A stretch of 64,000 bases of DNA from an uncultured Verrucomicrobiota bacterium (GCA_964589735.1 CAZPUL010000015.1:11165-75164), one strand, 5' to 3'; shown: positions 46,456 through 54,519, numbered from the stretch's first letter. Made by a program: numbers and translations. The notes: a model not told the origin generated them from the sequence alone.

Positions 46456-47238
46456 ATGAGTCCCTTTGAACTAACTTGCTTCGGTACAGGAGACGGCTGG
46501 CCTTGCGCTGACCGTAATCATTCCTCCTTCCATTTCCGTTTCGGCAGGACCTCGTTCATCGTCGATTGTGGCGAATCCGTCAGCCGCGCCTACAAGGCTT
46601 CCGGGCTGGATTATGATGCCTTCGATGCCTTGCTGCTCTCGCACCTGCACTGCGATCATATCGGCGGGTTTTTCATGTTCATGCAGGGGCTGTGGCTGGA
46701 GCAGCGGCAGAAGGATCTGCCCATCTATCTGCCGGAGGATGGCATCAAACCCATCCGCGAGCTGTTGAACGCCGGGATGATCTTCGAGGAGCTGCTGGCC
46801 TTCACGCCGAAGTACACGCCACTGCATGCGGGCCGGAGCTTTAAGATCAAGGGCGTGACGGTGACGCCGTATCCCACGACCCATCTGGAAAGCCTGCGTC
46901 AATCTTTTCAACGCAAGTACACGCTGGATTTCGCCGCCTACAGTTTCCTCTTCGAGACGGCCAAGCTGCGCATCGCCCACAGCGCGGACCTCGGTGCGCC
47001 GCAAGACCTCGCGCCGCTGCTGAAACAACCGCTCGATCTCCTCGTGTGCGAGCTCGCGCACTTCGAGCCGAAGGATCTGTTCCGCTACCTGAAAGGGCGG
47101 GACATCGGGCGCATCGTCTTCATGCATGTGGCGCGGCAATATCGCGAAGAGCCGGAGGCCATCAACAAACTGGCGCAGCGCTATCTGGGAGAGATTCCGT
47201 TCACGTTTGCGACGGACGGGATGAAGGTGACGCTATAG
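46456..47238 (+). CDS. MBL-fold metallo-hydrolase (RNase Z-like)
   Basis: HLHCDHIGG (HxHxDH) motif with downstream His/Asp ligands. Confidence 0.8.
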   Translation: MSPFELTCFGTGDGWPCADRNHSSFHFRFGRTSFIVDCGESVSRAYKASGLDYDAFDALLLSHLHCDHIGGFFMFMQGLWLEQRQKDLPIYLPEDGIKPIRELLNAGMIFEELLAFTPKYTPLHAGRSFKIKGVTVTPYPTTHLESLRQSFQRKYTLDFAAYSFLFETAKLRIAHSADLGAPQDLAPLLKQPLDLLVCELAHFEPKDLFRYLKGRDIGRIVFMHVARQYREEPEAINKLAQRYLGEIPFTFATDGMKVTL

Positions 47239-47262
47239 AGCGCGTCCGCCCTCCGGTGGCAT

Positions 47263-47976
47263 TTATTTCGCCGCCGCATTTCCGATCAGCCACGTGAATG
47301 CCGGGGCCAGTTCCGCGCGCCATGGGGTGGTGGAATGGACGCCCGGATGGATGCTGTGTTTCACCGTGCCGCCGAGTGATTGCAGGAGCTTCACGACATA
47401 TTCGACGCCTTCGATCTGTGAGAGCTCCTGACGCAAGCCGCTCGGGGCGTGGGTGAGGCCGGTGGCGGTTTCTTTGTCGCCGACGCTGAGCCAAAATTTT
47501 GCGTTCGTCTTCGGCCAGTTGGGTTCCTTGTCTTTCAACCACCAGAAGGAGGCGGATTGGCAGAGCGCGTAGGAGAATGTTGCGGGGTGTTTTAAGGCGA
47601 GGTAGGCAGCGGCCAAGCCGCTAAGGCTGAGTCCGCAGATGAGGTTGCTTTGTGCCTGGATGTTTTCATTTCGCGCGCGGGCCCACGACACAACATCTTC
47701 GGCGATGAATTTGCTGTAGCGATCGTTGCAAAGATAATCCGCATGGCGCGCTTCGGCGTTCACATGCGAGACGAAGACACAGGTCATTTGCGGTATCGCA
47801 CCACTCGCCATCAACTCGGTGAGGACGGGCAGGGCGTTCATGCTGCCGAGATAGAGTTCGGCATCAAGGAAGATGCAGAGCGGGTGCGCGTGGTCTTGCG
47901 GTCCCGGCACGAGGGAGAGGGTGCGGGTGTATTCGCCGGAGGTGCTGGTGAGGATGTGTGGTTCGGGCGGGGTCAT
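47263..47976 (-). CDS. Esterase-family alpha/beta hydrolase (enterochelin-esterase-like)
   Basis: GLSLSGLAAAYLALKHP nucleophile elbow. The ATG overlaps the upstream stop. Confidence 0.75.
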   Translation of the reverse strand: MTPPEPHILTSTSGEYTRTLSLVPGPQDHAHPLCIFLDAELYLGSMNALPVLTELMASGAIPQMTCVFVSHVNAEARHADYLCNDRYSKFIAEDVVSWARARNENIQAQSNLICGLSLSGLAAAYLALKHPATFSYALCQSASFWWLKDKEPNWPKTNAKFWLSVGDKETATGLTHAPSGLRQELSQIEGVEYVVKLLQSLGGTVKHSIHPGVHSTTPWRAELAPAFTWLIGNAAAK

Positions 47977-48650
47977 GATGGTGTCGATACGATGGGCGTT
48001 CTAACAGCGGCAGGTTTCTTAAACACCCTCCATGCCGCAAACACAACGAGAACGATCCAGATTTTCAACCACGCATACACCGTCCAACCAATGCCTGGGC
48101 CAAGATGAAAATGCATTATTCTCACGCGCACAGGTTCGGTGAAAGCGTGACCGTGATGATTCGGTCCCGGCAGTTTACCTTCACCCGCGGCACGGATGTA
48201 ACTCATGATGGCCTCCATCTGCTGCATACCATTCGTAGTGCGCTCACCCTGTCTCAGCAATAGCGTGGCGAGCAGATCCGGTGAGAGAGTCGCGTTTGTT
48301 TCAGCCGAGCGAAAATATAAGGATGGGAGTTCAACGGTGGCTCGCGATTCCCTCATCTTGGCTTGGTCATCGAAAGAGTGAAGCTGTAGATTCAGGTGCG
48401 TGTACACGAAGTTGGTCGGTTGGCGTGAATACCATCGGGACTCGGATTTCCCGTCAAACCGCAGCCAGTACAGACTGTCTCTATCCTCGCTAAAATCGGC
48501 CCGAACACTTCCGTGATAGTAACCTGTTTCCGGCCGCGAGTAGCGATGATGAAGCGTGATCCAAAGCGCTTGCGCAGCGGCATAGCCTGCGAACAGCAGC
48601 AACAGGGCCGTCACACCGAACAAGGATAATTTTGCCGCCGTACTCACCAA
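47973..48650 (-). CDS. Hypothetical membrane protein (N- and C-terminal TM helices)
   Basis: 225-aa ORF that overlaps the esterase gene by 4 nt, with lower GC than its surroundings. Confidence 0.5.
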   Translation of the reverse strand: MVSTAAKLSLFGVTALLLLFAGYAAAQALWITLHHRYSRPETGYYHGSVRADFSEDRDSLYWLRFDGKSESRWYSRQPTNFVYTHLNLQLHSFDDQAKMRESRATVELPSLYFRSAETNATLSPDLLATLLLRQGERTTNGMQQMEAIMSYIRAAGEGKLPGPNHHGHAFTEPVRVRIMHFHLGPGIGWTVYAWLKIWIVLVVFAAWRVFKKPAAVRTPIVSTPS

Positions 48651-48744
48651 GTCCCTTCTTTGAATTTACCCTCCACCCGGATCAAAAGAAAAGCAAGCTG
48701 CCGAATGGGTGATAGATACCGGAATCTGCTTTTCTGAACGCCAA

Positions 48745-48990
48745 GGGCGTTCCGTCGCAAAGCCCAACGTTGCCGCGCGGCAGCGAGGCTACGTTGGGTC
48801 ATCGCGTTGTTTTGTCACAACCCCGAAGTGGGTTGCGTCGGTTGGCTCGCAAGTGTAATGCGGGTTTGCCAATCATGGCCGGGGACGCAACCACGTTGTG
48901 GTTGGGTGATTCTTTTTTCACGTTACCCAACGTAGGCCCGCAAGCAAGCGGGCCGACGTTGGGCTTTGTTACGCAGCCCCGTTGGGGCTG
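48745..48990. repeat. Dense hairpin cluster (CCCAACGT...ACGTTGGG family)
   Basis: Stems at 48763-98 (with the inner palindrome tgccgcgcggca), 48818-35, 48888-904, 48926-63 (nested cccaacgt/ggcccgc) and 48974-90. Confidence 0.8.
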
Positions 48991-49002
48991 ACCACCTAGC
49001 CA

Positions 49003-49163
49003 GGTAGGGACGCGTTGCCGCGCGTTCCCTTGCCAGACCTGAGCGCACGTGCTTGCAGATACTTGGGCAACATTCGAGAGATTCTTATTTTTCCATGTTC
49101 CTGCTTGCGTCATTCGAAGATCAAACGGAGCAGTCAGGGAGCGCGGAGCACCGCGTCCCTACC
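49003..49163. repeat. 161-bp element with GGTAGGGACGCG / CGCGTCCCTACC termini
   Basis: 12-bp perfect terminal inverted repeat. It has the same length and the same GGTAGGG...CCCTACC ends as 32175-32335, but the interior differs. Confidence 0.7.
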
Positions 49164-49166
49164 AAG

Positions 49167-49667
49167 CTAAGGGCACGTCCGTTTGCATTCCCGCACGTAA
49201 TAAATATCCCACGCATCCTCGCGCACCGGCACAAAACCATGGCGCTGATAAAAGCGATTTGAGGCGCTCTCGCGCAAGGCGCCGACGTGGATGGGCATTT
49301 GTTTTTCTTCCGCCTGCGCGATGAGGTGCTGCATCACGAAGGAACCCACGCCGCGCGATTGGCTCTGCGGATGGATGTACAGATGGTCCAGATGAAACCC
49401 ATCCGCCAACGGACGAAACGTGTAGAACCCGATGCGCTCACCCTCCAGCACAATGAATTGTGTGTGCTCCGGATAGAACGTACTGCGCAGTCGCTCCCGC
49501 GCCCGCTCCGGGTCAAATCTGCCGACACGCTCCAAACTCTCCCGCATCGCGGCGATGCGGAGAGCGACGAGGGAGTCGAAGTCATCCGTGGCTACGAACT
49601 GAAAAGTAATCACGGCCAACACAAGACAGTTTTCTCCAGAATTGCATCGCGTAAGTCCCACTCTCAC
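49167..49667 (-). CDS. GNAT-family N-acetyltransferase
   Basis: Acetyl-CoA motif QSQSRGVGSFVMQHL and a C-terminal RFYQRHGF. GTG 49667 overlaps the upstream stop (GTGA). An alternative GTG at 49613 gives a more typical N-terminus. Confidence 0.8.
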   Translation of the reverse strand: MRVGLTRCNSGENCLVLAVITFQFVATDDFDSLVALRIAAMRESLERVGRFDPERARERLRSTFYPEHTQFIVLEGERIGFYTFRPLADGFHLDHLYIHPQSQSRGVGSFVMQHLIAQAEEKQMPIHVGALRESASNRFYQRHGFVPVREDAWDIYYVRECKRTCP

Positions 49668-50113
49668 TTGACGAGTTTTCTGAAATCTTCCTCAATTTTC
49701 TTTTTGTCGAGCTTCCCATAAGACAGCATGAAACTCGCCGTTGAAATAGGCTCATAAATCATAGGAGACATAAGCGGCGTGTCACCCAACATGATGAGCG
49801 TCTTCTTGCCGATGTTCTTTTCCGTCAAAGCCTCAAACCTTTTGGCGTCCACCAAATACATCTTGATCATCAATGCCTTGTTGTCATGCGATGGCTCAAC
49901 AGACTCCAAACTGGTGATCACCATTGCAGGTTTTGCCGGTATATAGCCGGCTTTTGGACATTCCGGGGTATCGATGTATTTGCCTCCATCGATTTTCGTG
50001 TCACTCAAAATGTAGATGGTTAGTCTCGGAGCCTTCGAATCCTCTGCTGCCACTTGTTTGCTTCCAGCTAGAAGAGCCAGCGCGAGAATCAAATTGAAGA
50101 TGTGTTTGGGCAT
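49664..50113 (-). CDS. Secreted hypothetical protein encoded by a markedly AT-richer gene
   Basis: Signal peptide MPKHIFNLILALALLAGSKQVAA, with codon usage dominated by A/T-ending codons, unlike its neighbours. Confidence 0.6.
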   Translation of the reverse strand: MPKHIFNLILALALLAGSKQVAAEDSKAPRLTIYILSDTKIDGGKYIDTPECPKAGYIPAKPAMVITSLESVEPSHDNKALMIKMYLVDAKRFEALTEKNIGKKTLIMLGDTPLMSPMIYEPISTASFMLSYGKLDKKKIEEDFRKLVK

Positions 50114-50201
50114 GTAGCTATTCCTTTGCTGATTTGATTATTAAATCCTACGATTCTAAAGGTAGCTGGCAATCTGAGTGAAGTAACGCAATTTTCGCAA
50201 C

Positions 50202-50987
50202 TCACAGATCTTCACGCTTCGGAAGCATTGCTTCGCGATAGCGCAAGTATTCTCGATCCAGTTGAGGATCCTTGGTATCGAAGAAGTTCAAACGCCAGGT
50301 GCAACTGGCCGCACCTGCGGCGATGAGCTGGCCATCCCGGCTCACCACAGAGAAGCTGGTGAATCCACCACCTCCCGTTCGGTGCTTTTTGTCATAGCGG
50401 AGAATAGTGTAACGGCCAAATGCATCACTCTCAGTCGGCGGATGCACGCGGGCCAGTTCAGCAGCGGAATCTCCGAGCGAGAATTGGCGGCAGGCGAAAG
50501 CGCGCCAGACCGGATGACATTCCGCAGCCATGCCACGATAAGCATCCACATCGGCTACGCTCGTGATCCGCAAGAGGACGCCCAGAAATAATAACAGCGC
50601 GAGACAGGTGCCGCCTGCATAGGTAGAGAAACGGAATTTGCGGAAGGCCCATAAACGTCGCGGAGTGAGCAATTTTCCCAGTGTGATGCCCGGACCATGG
50701 CGTCGCACCAAACGTGGATACACCCAACGTGCATACATTAGTACGCCGATGCCTTGCAGTAGCCAGCCAAGGAAAGAAGTCAGTCCGAACAGCGCCAACG
50801 CGATCGGGAGCACTACGCGTATGCCTTCGTGTAAGCTCCCTTGTTCAGCAGGATCAAAGAAGTCTTCGGCGAAGGCATAGAAATCAAAGGGCGGTAACCA
50901 GAGCAAGGCGAACAGCACCAGCGTAAGCATAACCCAAGCGGTTTTGTTTACTGGCCACAGAGAAAACAGGTGAAGCAGTTTGCGCAT
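50202..50987 (-). CDS. Hypothetical membrane protein with a C-terminal soluble domain
   Basis: Start taken at MRKLLHLFSLWPV (50987). The upstream 40 codons of the ORF translate the repeat element (MASRGFQPTV...). Confidence 0.5.
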   Translation of the reverse strand: MRKLLHLFSLWPVNKTAWVMLTLVLFALLWLPPFDFYAFAEDFFDPAEQGSLHEGIRVVLPIALALFGLTSFLGWLLQGIGVLMYARWVYPRLVRRHGPGITLGKLLTPRRLWAFRKFRFSTYAGGTCLALLLFLGVLLRITSVADVDAYRGMAAECHPVWRAFACRQFSLGDSAAELARVHPPTESDAFGRYTILRYDKKHRTGGGGFTSFSVVSRDGQLIAAGAASCTWRLNFFDTKDPQLDREYLRYREAMLPKREDL

Positions 50988-51043
50988 GGGATTGCAAAAG
51001 ATTAGACCGCTGCTAGCCAAGAACCGCACGTTGAATGATTCAG

Positions 51044-51132
51044 CCGTCACTACGTGACGGAGTGTTTTGTATCGCGTGACCGTGGGTTGAAACCCACGGC
51101 TAGCCATCGGTGTTCGCTACGCGAACTTTTTT
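51044..51132. repeat. Three-hairpin repeat element (second copy)
   Basis: ccgtcac-tac-gtgacgg (51044-60), ccgtgggt-tgaa-acccacgg (51080-99) and gttcgc-tac-gcgaac (51112-26), then a T6 run. It matches the architecture at 36484-36577. Confidence 0.85.
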
Positions 51133-51156
51133 GGTTCGTGCCAATCTGGGAAATTC

Positions 51157-51510
51157 GTGGCTTCCCATTCCGGCCTCTTCCTAGTTTCCCTCGGCTGGCC
51201 TCCTGTGATAGCGTGGGGCTCGCTCGAATGGGCGGCGGGGTGGGTGACTATAAAAATCATCATCGTCGGGCTATTGGTTCTGCTCGGTGTGGGCATGATC
51301 GCGCTCGCGCCGATGGTGGATAGGTACGTGGGCGAATCCACCTTTGGAATCAAGTTGCCGCAGCGGACCGGTTCCACGCAGCCCGCGCAGGAGCATCAAG
51401 TGACAGCAACGCTTGCTCGGATTATGCGAGTGGTGGGCTGGTTGTTGATTTTATCCGGTTTAGGAATCGGTTTGCTATGGCGTGTCAAAGCGCCGATTGA
51501 TTCGTTGTAA
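51157..51510 (+). CDS. Hypothetical small membrane protein
   Basis: 117-aa ORF with two hydrophobic helices (IKIIIVGLLVLLGVGMIALAP and VVGWLLILSGLGIGLLW). Start is uncertain. Confidence 0.4.
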   Translation: MASHSGLFLVSLGWPPVIAWGSLEWAAGWVTIKIIIVGLLVLLGVGMIALAPMVDRYVGESTFGIKLPQRTGSTQPAQEHQVTATLARIMRVVGWLLILSGLGIGLLWRVKAPIDSL

Positions 51511-51544
51511 CGATTTACTATTTAACGAGTTACGAGTTTTAAAC

Positions 51545-53587
51545 ATGTTCGTTTATCCGCGTCAGTTTGAGGTGATTGTGGTGGGGTCCGGTCATGCGGG
51601 CGTTGAGGCTGCTTTGGCGGCGGCGCGCATGGGGGCCAGCACGCTCATGCTCACGATCAATGCCGATACCATCGGCCAGATGTCTTGCAACCCGGCCATC
51701 GGCGGCTTGGCCAAGGGACATCTCACGCGCGAGATCGATGCCCTCGGCGGCGAGATGGGCAAGTGCACGGACATGACGGGCCTGCAGTTCCGCATGCTCA
51801 ATACCAAGAAGGGCCCGTCCGTGTGGGCGCCCCGGGCGCAGTGCGATAAGAAGGCCTACCAGTTCCGCATGAAGTGGATCTGCGAACGCCAGGAGAATCT
51901 GGACATCAAGCAAGGCCAGGCCGCGAAGCTCCTTTTCCGCGACGGCGAGGTGTATGGCGTGGAGACCACCCTCGGTGTGCAGTATCTCGGCAAGACGGTG
52001 GTGATCACCACGGGCACGTTCCTCCGCGGCCTCATGCACATCGGCAGCACCCAGCAGCAGGGCGGTCGCGCCGGTGAAGCCGCCGCCATGGGCCTGTCCG
52101 GTTCGCTCAAGGAACTCGGGGTGGAACTCGGTCGGCTGAAGACCGGCACTCCTCCGCGGCTTCTGAGTCGCACGATAGATTTCAGCAAGACCGAGAAGCA
52201 GGACGGTGATGAGCCGGTGCCGTACTTCACCTATTGGAAAGACGATTTGTTCCACGTGGAACATTCCGGCATCAACCCGCGCGACATCGGCCACTCGAAT
52301 GGCAAGTATCCGCCCGGCTCCATCCTCGACCGCATCAACGGTCAGATGAACTGTTTCATCACCTACACCTCGGACAAAACCGCCGAGCTGATCCGCGCGA
52401 ATCTCCACAAGTCCCCGATGTATTCCGGCGTGATCGAGGGCGTCGGCCCGCGCTATTGCCCGTCCATCGAGGATAAGATTGTGCGGTTCGCGGAGAAGGA
52501 GCGGCACCAGATTTTCCTCGAGCCCGAGGGCATTTCCACGGACGAAATCTACGTGAACGGCTTCTCCACCTGCCTGCCTTTCGAGGTGCAAGTGGAGATG
52601 GTGAAGTCCATCATCGGCTGCGAAAACGCCGAGATCCTCCGCCCCGCCTACGCGGTGGAATACGACTTTTCCTTCCCCACGCAACTGCATCCTTCGCTCG
52701 AAACGAAAGTCTGCCGCAACCTGTTCCTCGCGGGCCAGATCAATGGCACGTCCGGTTACGAAGAGGCTGGGGCGCAAGGACTTATGGCGGGTATCAATGC
52801 CGCGCGACGGGTCCAGAATAAGGAACCCATCGTGCTCCGCCGGGACCAGGCTTACATCGGTGTGTTGATCGATGATCTCGTCACGAAGGGCACCACGGAG
52901 CCGTATCGGATGTTCACCTCGCGCGCGGAGTATCGACTGCTCCTGCGCCAGGATAACTGCGATGCGCGCCTGTCCCAGCTCGGCTACGACATCGGCCTCC
53001 TGCCGAAGCGCAACTACGATAAGTTCGTGGCCAAGCAGCAGACCATCGACGAGGAGATGGCGCGCTTGAAGTCCGTGCGCGTCGGCACGCTCACGCTTTC
53101 CCAGATGCTCCTGCGGCCGGAGGTGACCTATAAGGATTTGCCGACCGAGAATCAGAACGGGACCTTGAGCGGAGAGATCATCGAGCAGATCGATATCCTC
53201 CATAAGTACTCCGGCTACATCGAGCGCCAGGAGGAAGAGGTCGCCAAGTTCCGCACCATGGAGGATAAGCAGATTCCGCCTTGGCTGGACTACGCGAAGA
53301 TTCCCAGCCTCCGCACTGAGGCGCGTCAGAAGCTGACGAAAATCCAGCCGGCCACCCTCGGCCAAGCACTCCGCATCTCGGGCATCTCGCCGGCGGATGT
53401 CACCCTCATCATGGTCGCCATGAAGCGTGGGAACTCGGGCGGCGAAACTGGGAATCCTGTCCCCCTCCCACCAACTGCACCCGTTAAGGTCCCGACCGCT
53501 GCCTGTGGGGATGACGCGGATGTGTGCGGGGCGGCCGAGCACTTCGAGGGGCCGAGCGGTCACAACTCCTGTTGTGGGGATCTGTGA
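51545..53587 (+). CDS. mnmG: tRNA uridine 5-carboxymethylaminomethyl modification enzyme MnmG (GidA)
   Basis: VIVVGSGHAGVEAALAAARMG FAD motif, GVIEGVGPRYCPSIEDK and MFTSRAEYRLLLRQDN. Start at MFVYPRQFE. It carries an internal insertion and a 51-aa C-terminal extension. Confidence 0.95.
   Translation: MFVYPRQFEVIVVGSGHAGVEAALAAARMGASTLMLTINADTIGQMSCNPAIGGLAKGHLTREIDALGGEMGKCTDMTGLQFRMLNTKKGPSVWAPRAQCDKKAYQFRMKWICERQENLDIKQGQAAKLLFRDGEVYGVETTLGVQYLGKTVVITTGTFLRGLMHIGSTQQQGGRAGEAAAMGLSGSLKELGVELGRLKTGTPPRLLSRTIDFSKTEKQDGDEPVPYFTYWKDDLFHVEHSGINPRDIGHSNGKYPPGSILDRINGQMNCFITYTSDKTAELIRANLHKSPMYSGVIEGVGPRYCPSIEDKIVRFAEKERHQIFLEPEGISTDEIYVNGFSTCLPFEVQVEMVKSIIGCENAEILRPAYAVEYDFSFPTQLHPSLETKVCRNLFLAGQINGTSGYEEAGAQGLMAGINAARRVQNKEPIVLRRDQAYIGVLIDDLVTKGTTEPYRMFTSRAEYRLLLRQDNCDARLSQLGYDIGLLPKRNYDKFVAKQQTIDEEMARLKSVRVGTLTLSQMLLRPEVTYKDLPTENQNGTLSGEIIEQIDILHKYSGYIERQEEEVAKFRTMEDKQIPPWLDYAKIPSLRTEARQKLTKIQPATLGQALRISGISPADVTLIMVAMKRGNSGGETGNPVPLPPTAPVKVPTAACGDDADVCGAAEHFEGPSGHNSCCGDL
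52248..52263. promoter_or_regulatory. parS-type site (perfect palindrome TGTTCCACGTGGAACA) inside mnmG
   Basis: Exact 16-bp palindrome. The half-site TGTTCCAC equals the left half of the B. subtilis parS TGTTCCACGTGAAACA. Confidence 0.7.
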
Positions 53588-53588
53588 T

Positions 53589-53604
53589 TGTTCCACGTGG
53601 AACT
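53589..53604. promoter_or_regulatory. parS-type site (TGTTCCACGTGGAACT, 15/16)
   Basis: The core GTTCCACGTGGAAC is perfect. It starts 2 nt after the mnmG stop. Confidence 0.65.
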
Positions 53605-53645
53605 TTTTTGATTTACCACGGAGGCATGGGGATAGGGGAGTTCTA

Positions 53646-53675
53646 GCCACGGATTAAACACGGATCACACGGATT
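53646..53675. repeat. ACACGGAT decamer-type array (3 units)
   Basis: gccacggattaaacacggatcacacggatt. This is the same family as the arms of the 3993-4145 element. Confidence 0.7.
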
Positions 53676-53690
53676 GGGGAAGTGAGGGTT

Positions 53691-53770
53691 GGCCCGCTAA
53701 AGACACGAAAACGGGGATAAAGGAAAACGGAGGCCCGTGTGGTTCAGGACATGGGTAACACTCGGAAGAG
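53691..53770. repeat. Left copy of an ~80-bp inverted duplication flanking the parS region
   Basis: ggcccgctaaagacacgaaaacggggataaaggaaaacggaggcccgtgtggttcaggacatgggtaacact... matches the reverse complement of 54550-54629 at roughly 9 of 10 positions with one indel. Confidence 0.85.
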
Positions 53771-53805
53771 GGACCGTTTCATAGTATAGTTAGCACCCGC
53801 TAGAT

Positions 53806-53821
53806 TGTTCCACGTGGAACA
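53806..53821. promoter_or_regulatory. parS-type site (perfect palindrome)
   Basis: TGTTCCACGTGGAACA, extended to the 18-bp palindrome ttgttccacgtggaacaa. Confidence 0.7.
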
Positions 53822-53860
53822 ACGCAGATCATGAGGACGGTCGTTTAGCCCACGGATGCT

Positions 53861-54008
53861 GGGGACCGTCTGTCCTCAGCGGGCCGGGGTCCGGTAACGT
53901 AGCGCATACCCGAGGAACCGAGTCGTAAGCGCCAGACTTCACCTTGCTTTGATTCCCTTGTTCACCCTTGGCTTCGACGCGGCGCGCTGAGGACAGCGCC
54001 GCCCTACC
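53861..54008. repeat. Degenerate copy of the GGTAGGG...CCCTACC inverted-repeat element
   Basis: Left arm ggggaccgtctgtcctcagcgggccg and right arm ggcgcgctgaggacagcgccgccctacc. The right-arm context ggcttcgac...gctgaggacag...ccctacc matches 32298-32335. Confidence 0.7.
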
Positions 54009-54137
54009 ACCCTCGGCCATTGCCCCCTGATTGATTAATCCGTCTCCAACCAAGGGATTATGAGTCCCCTACTCAATCCCTTGTCTATCCACTACTCACT
54101 TGATAGACCAGAGGATTGAAAATTCTCATACTGTCAA

Positions 54138-54506
54138 ATGTTCCACATGGAACATTCCAGACTTTCCGTGACATATCCCCTGCACCCCGGTCTAAGGGTT
54201 ATAGCAATTGAAAGGCTCTCAATGCGCGAACTCGCTTTACTGGACACGCTGGGCGTTTGCCTCCTTTTGCTCCTCAGCTTGGTCTTGCCCCTGATGCTGA
54301 GCTTACGCCCGCCGCAGGATGCGCAGCACAAGAAAGCGTGCTTGAAGGTAGTTTGGATTGGGCAACTTTTGGGTGCATTAGCGGGAATCGGCATTTACGC
54401 CTCGGCCACCGTGACCCCTTACGCGATGGTGTTGGGGACCCTAGGCTGCCTCATCTGCGCCCGGATACTCTCCAAAAAACTCCGCTCCGGCGAGATTAAC
54501 GGGTAA
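54138..54506 (+). CDS. Doubtful small membrane ORF between parS sites
   Basis: 122-aa ORF whose ATG lies within the parS variant. It has hydrophobic stretches, and an internal start at 54222 (MRELALL) is possible. No family recognised. Confidence 0.3.
   Translation: MFHMEHSRLSVTYPLHPGLRVIAIERLSMRELALLDTLGVCLLLLLSLVLPLMLSLRPPQDAQHKKACLKVVWIGQLLGALAGIGIYASATVTPYAMVLGTLGCLICARILSKKLRSGEING
54139..54154. promoter_or_regulatory. parS-type site variant (TGTTCCACATGGAACA)
   Basis: One central substitution (CA for CG) relative to the palindrome. Confidence 0.55.
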
Positions 54507-54519
54507 ATTGGGCCAGAAA

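Noticed and set aside
50031-50047. tRNA-like T-arm (gccttcgaatcctctgc)
   Set aside because: No acceptor, D or anticodon arms can be built around it, and it lies inside a coherent CDS.
50988-51107. N-terminal extension MASRGFQPTVTRYKTLRHVV... of ORF 50202-51107
   Set aside because: It is a translation of the three-hairpin repeat element. The membrane protein plausibly starts at 50987.
51539-53650. 703-aa ORF on the minus strand
   Set aside because: Antisense to mnmG. It has low-complexity Arg/Gly/Leu-rich sequence and no motifs.
54040-54135. Possible oriC / DnaA boxes near the parS cluster
   Set aside because: Only weak matches to TTATCCACA were seen (e.g. ctatccact at about 54085). There is no array of boxes and no clear AT-rich unwinding element. 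The recurrent ATCCGTG/ATCTGTG motifs belong to a dispersed repeat family found elsewhere in the window. Origin proximity is inferred only from parS and mnmG, so no oriC is called.
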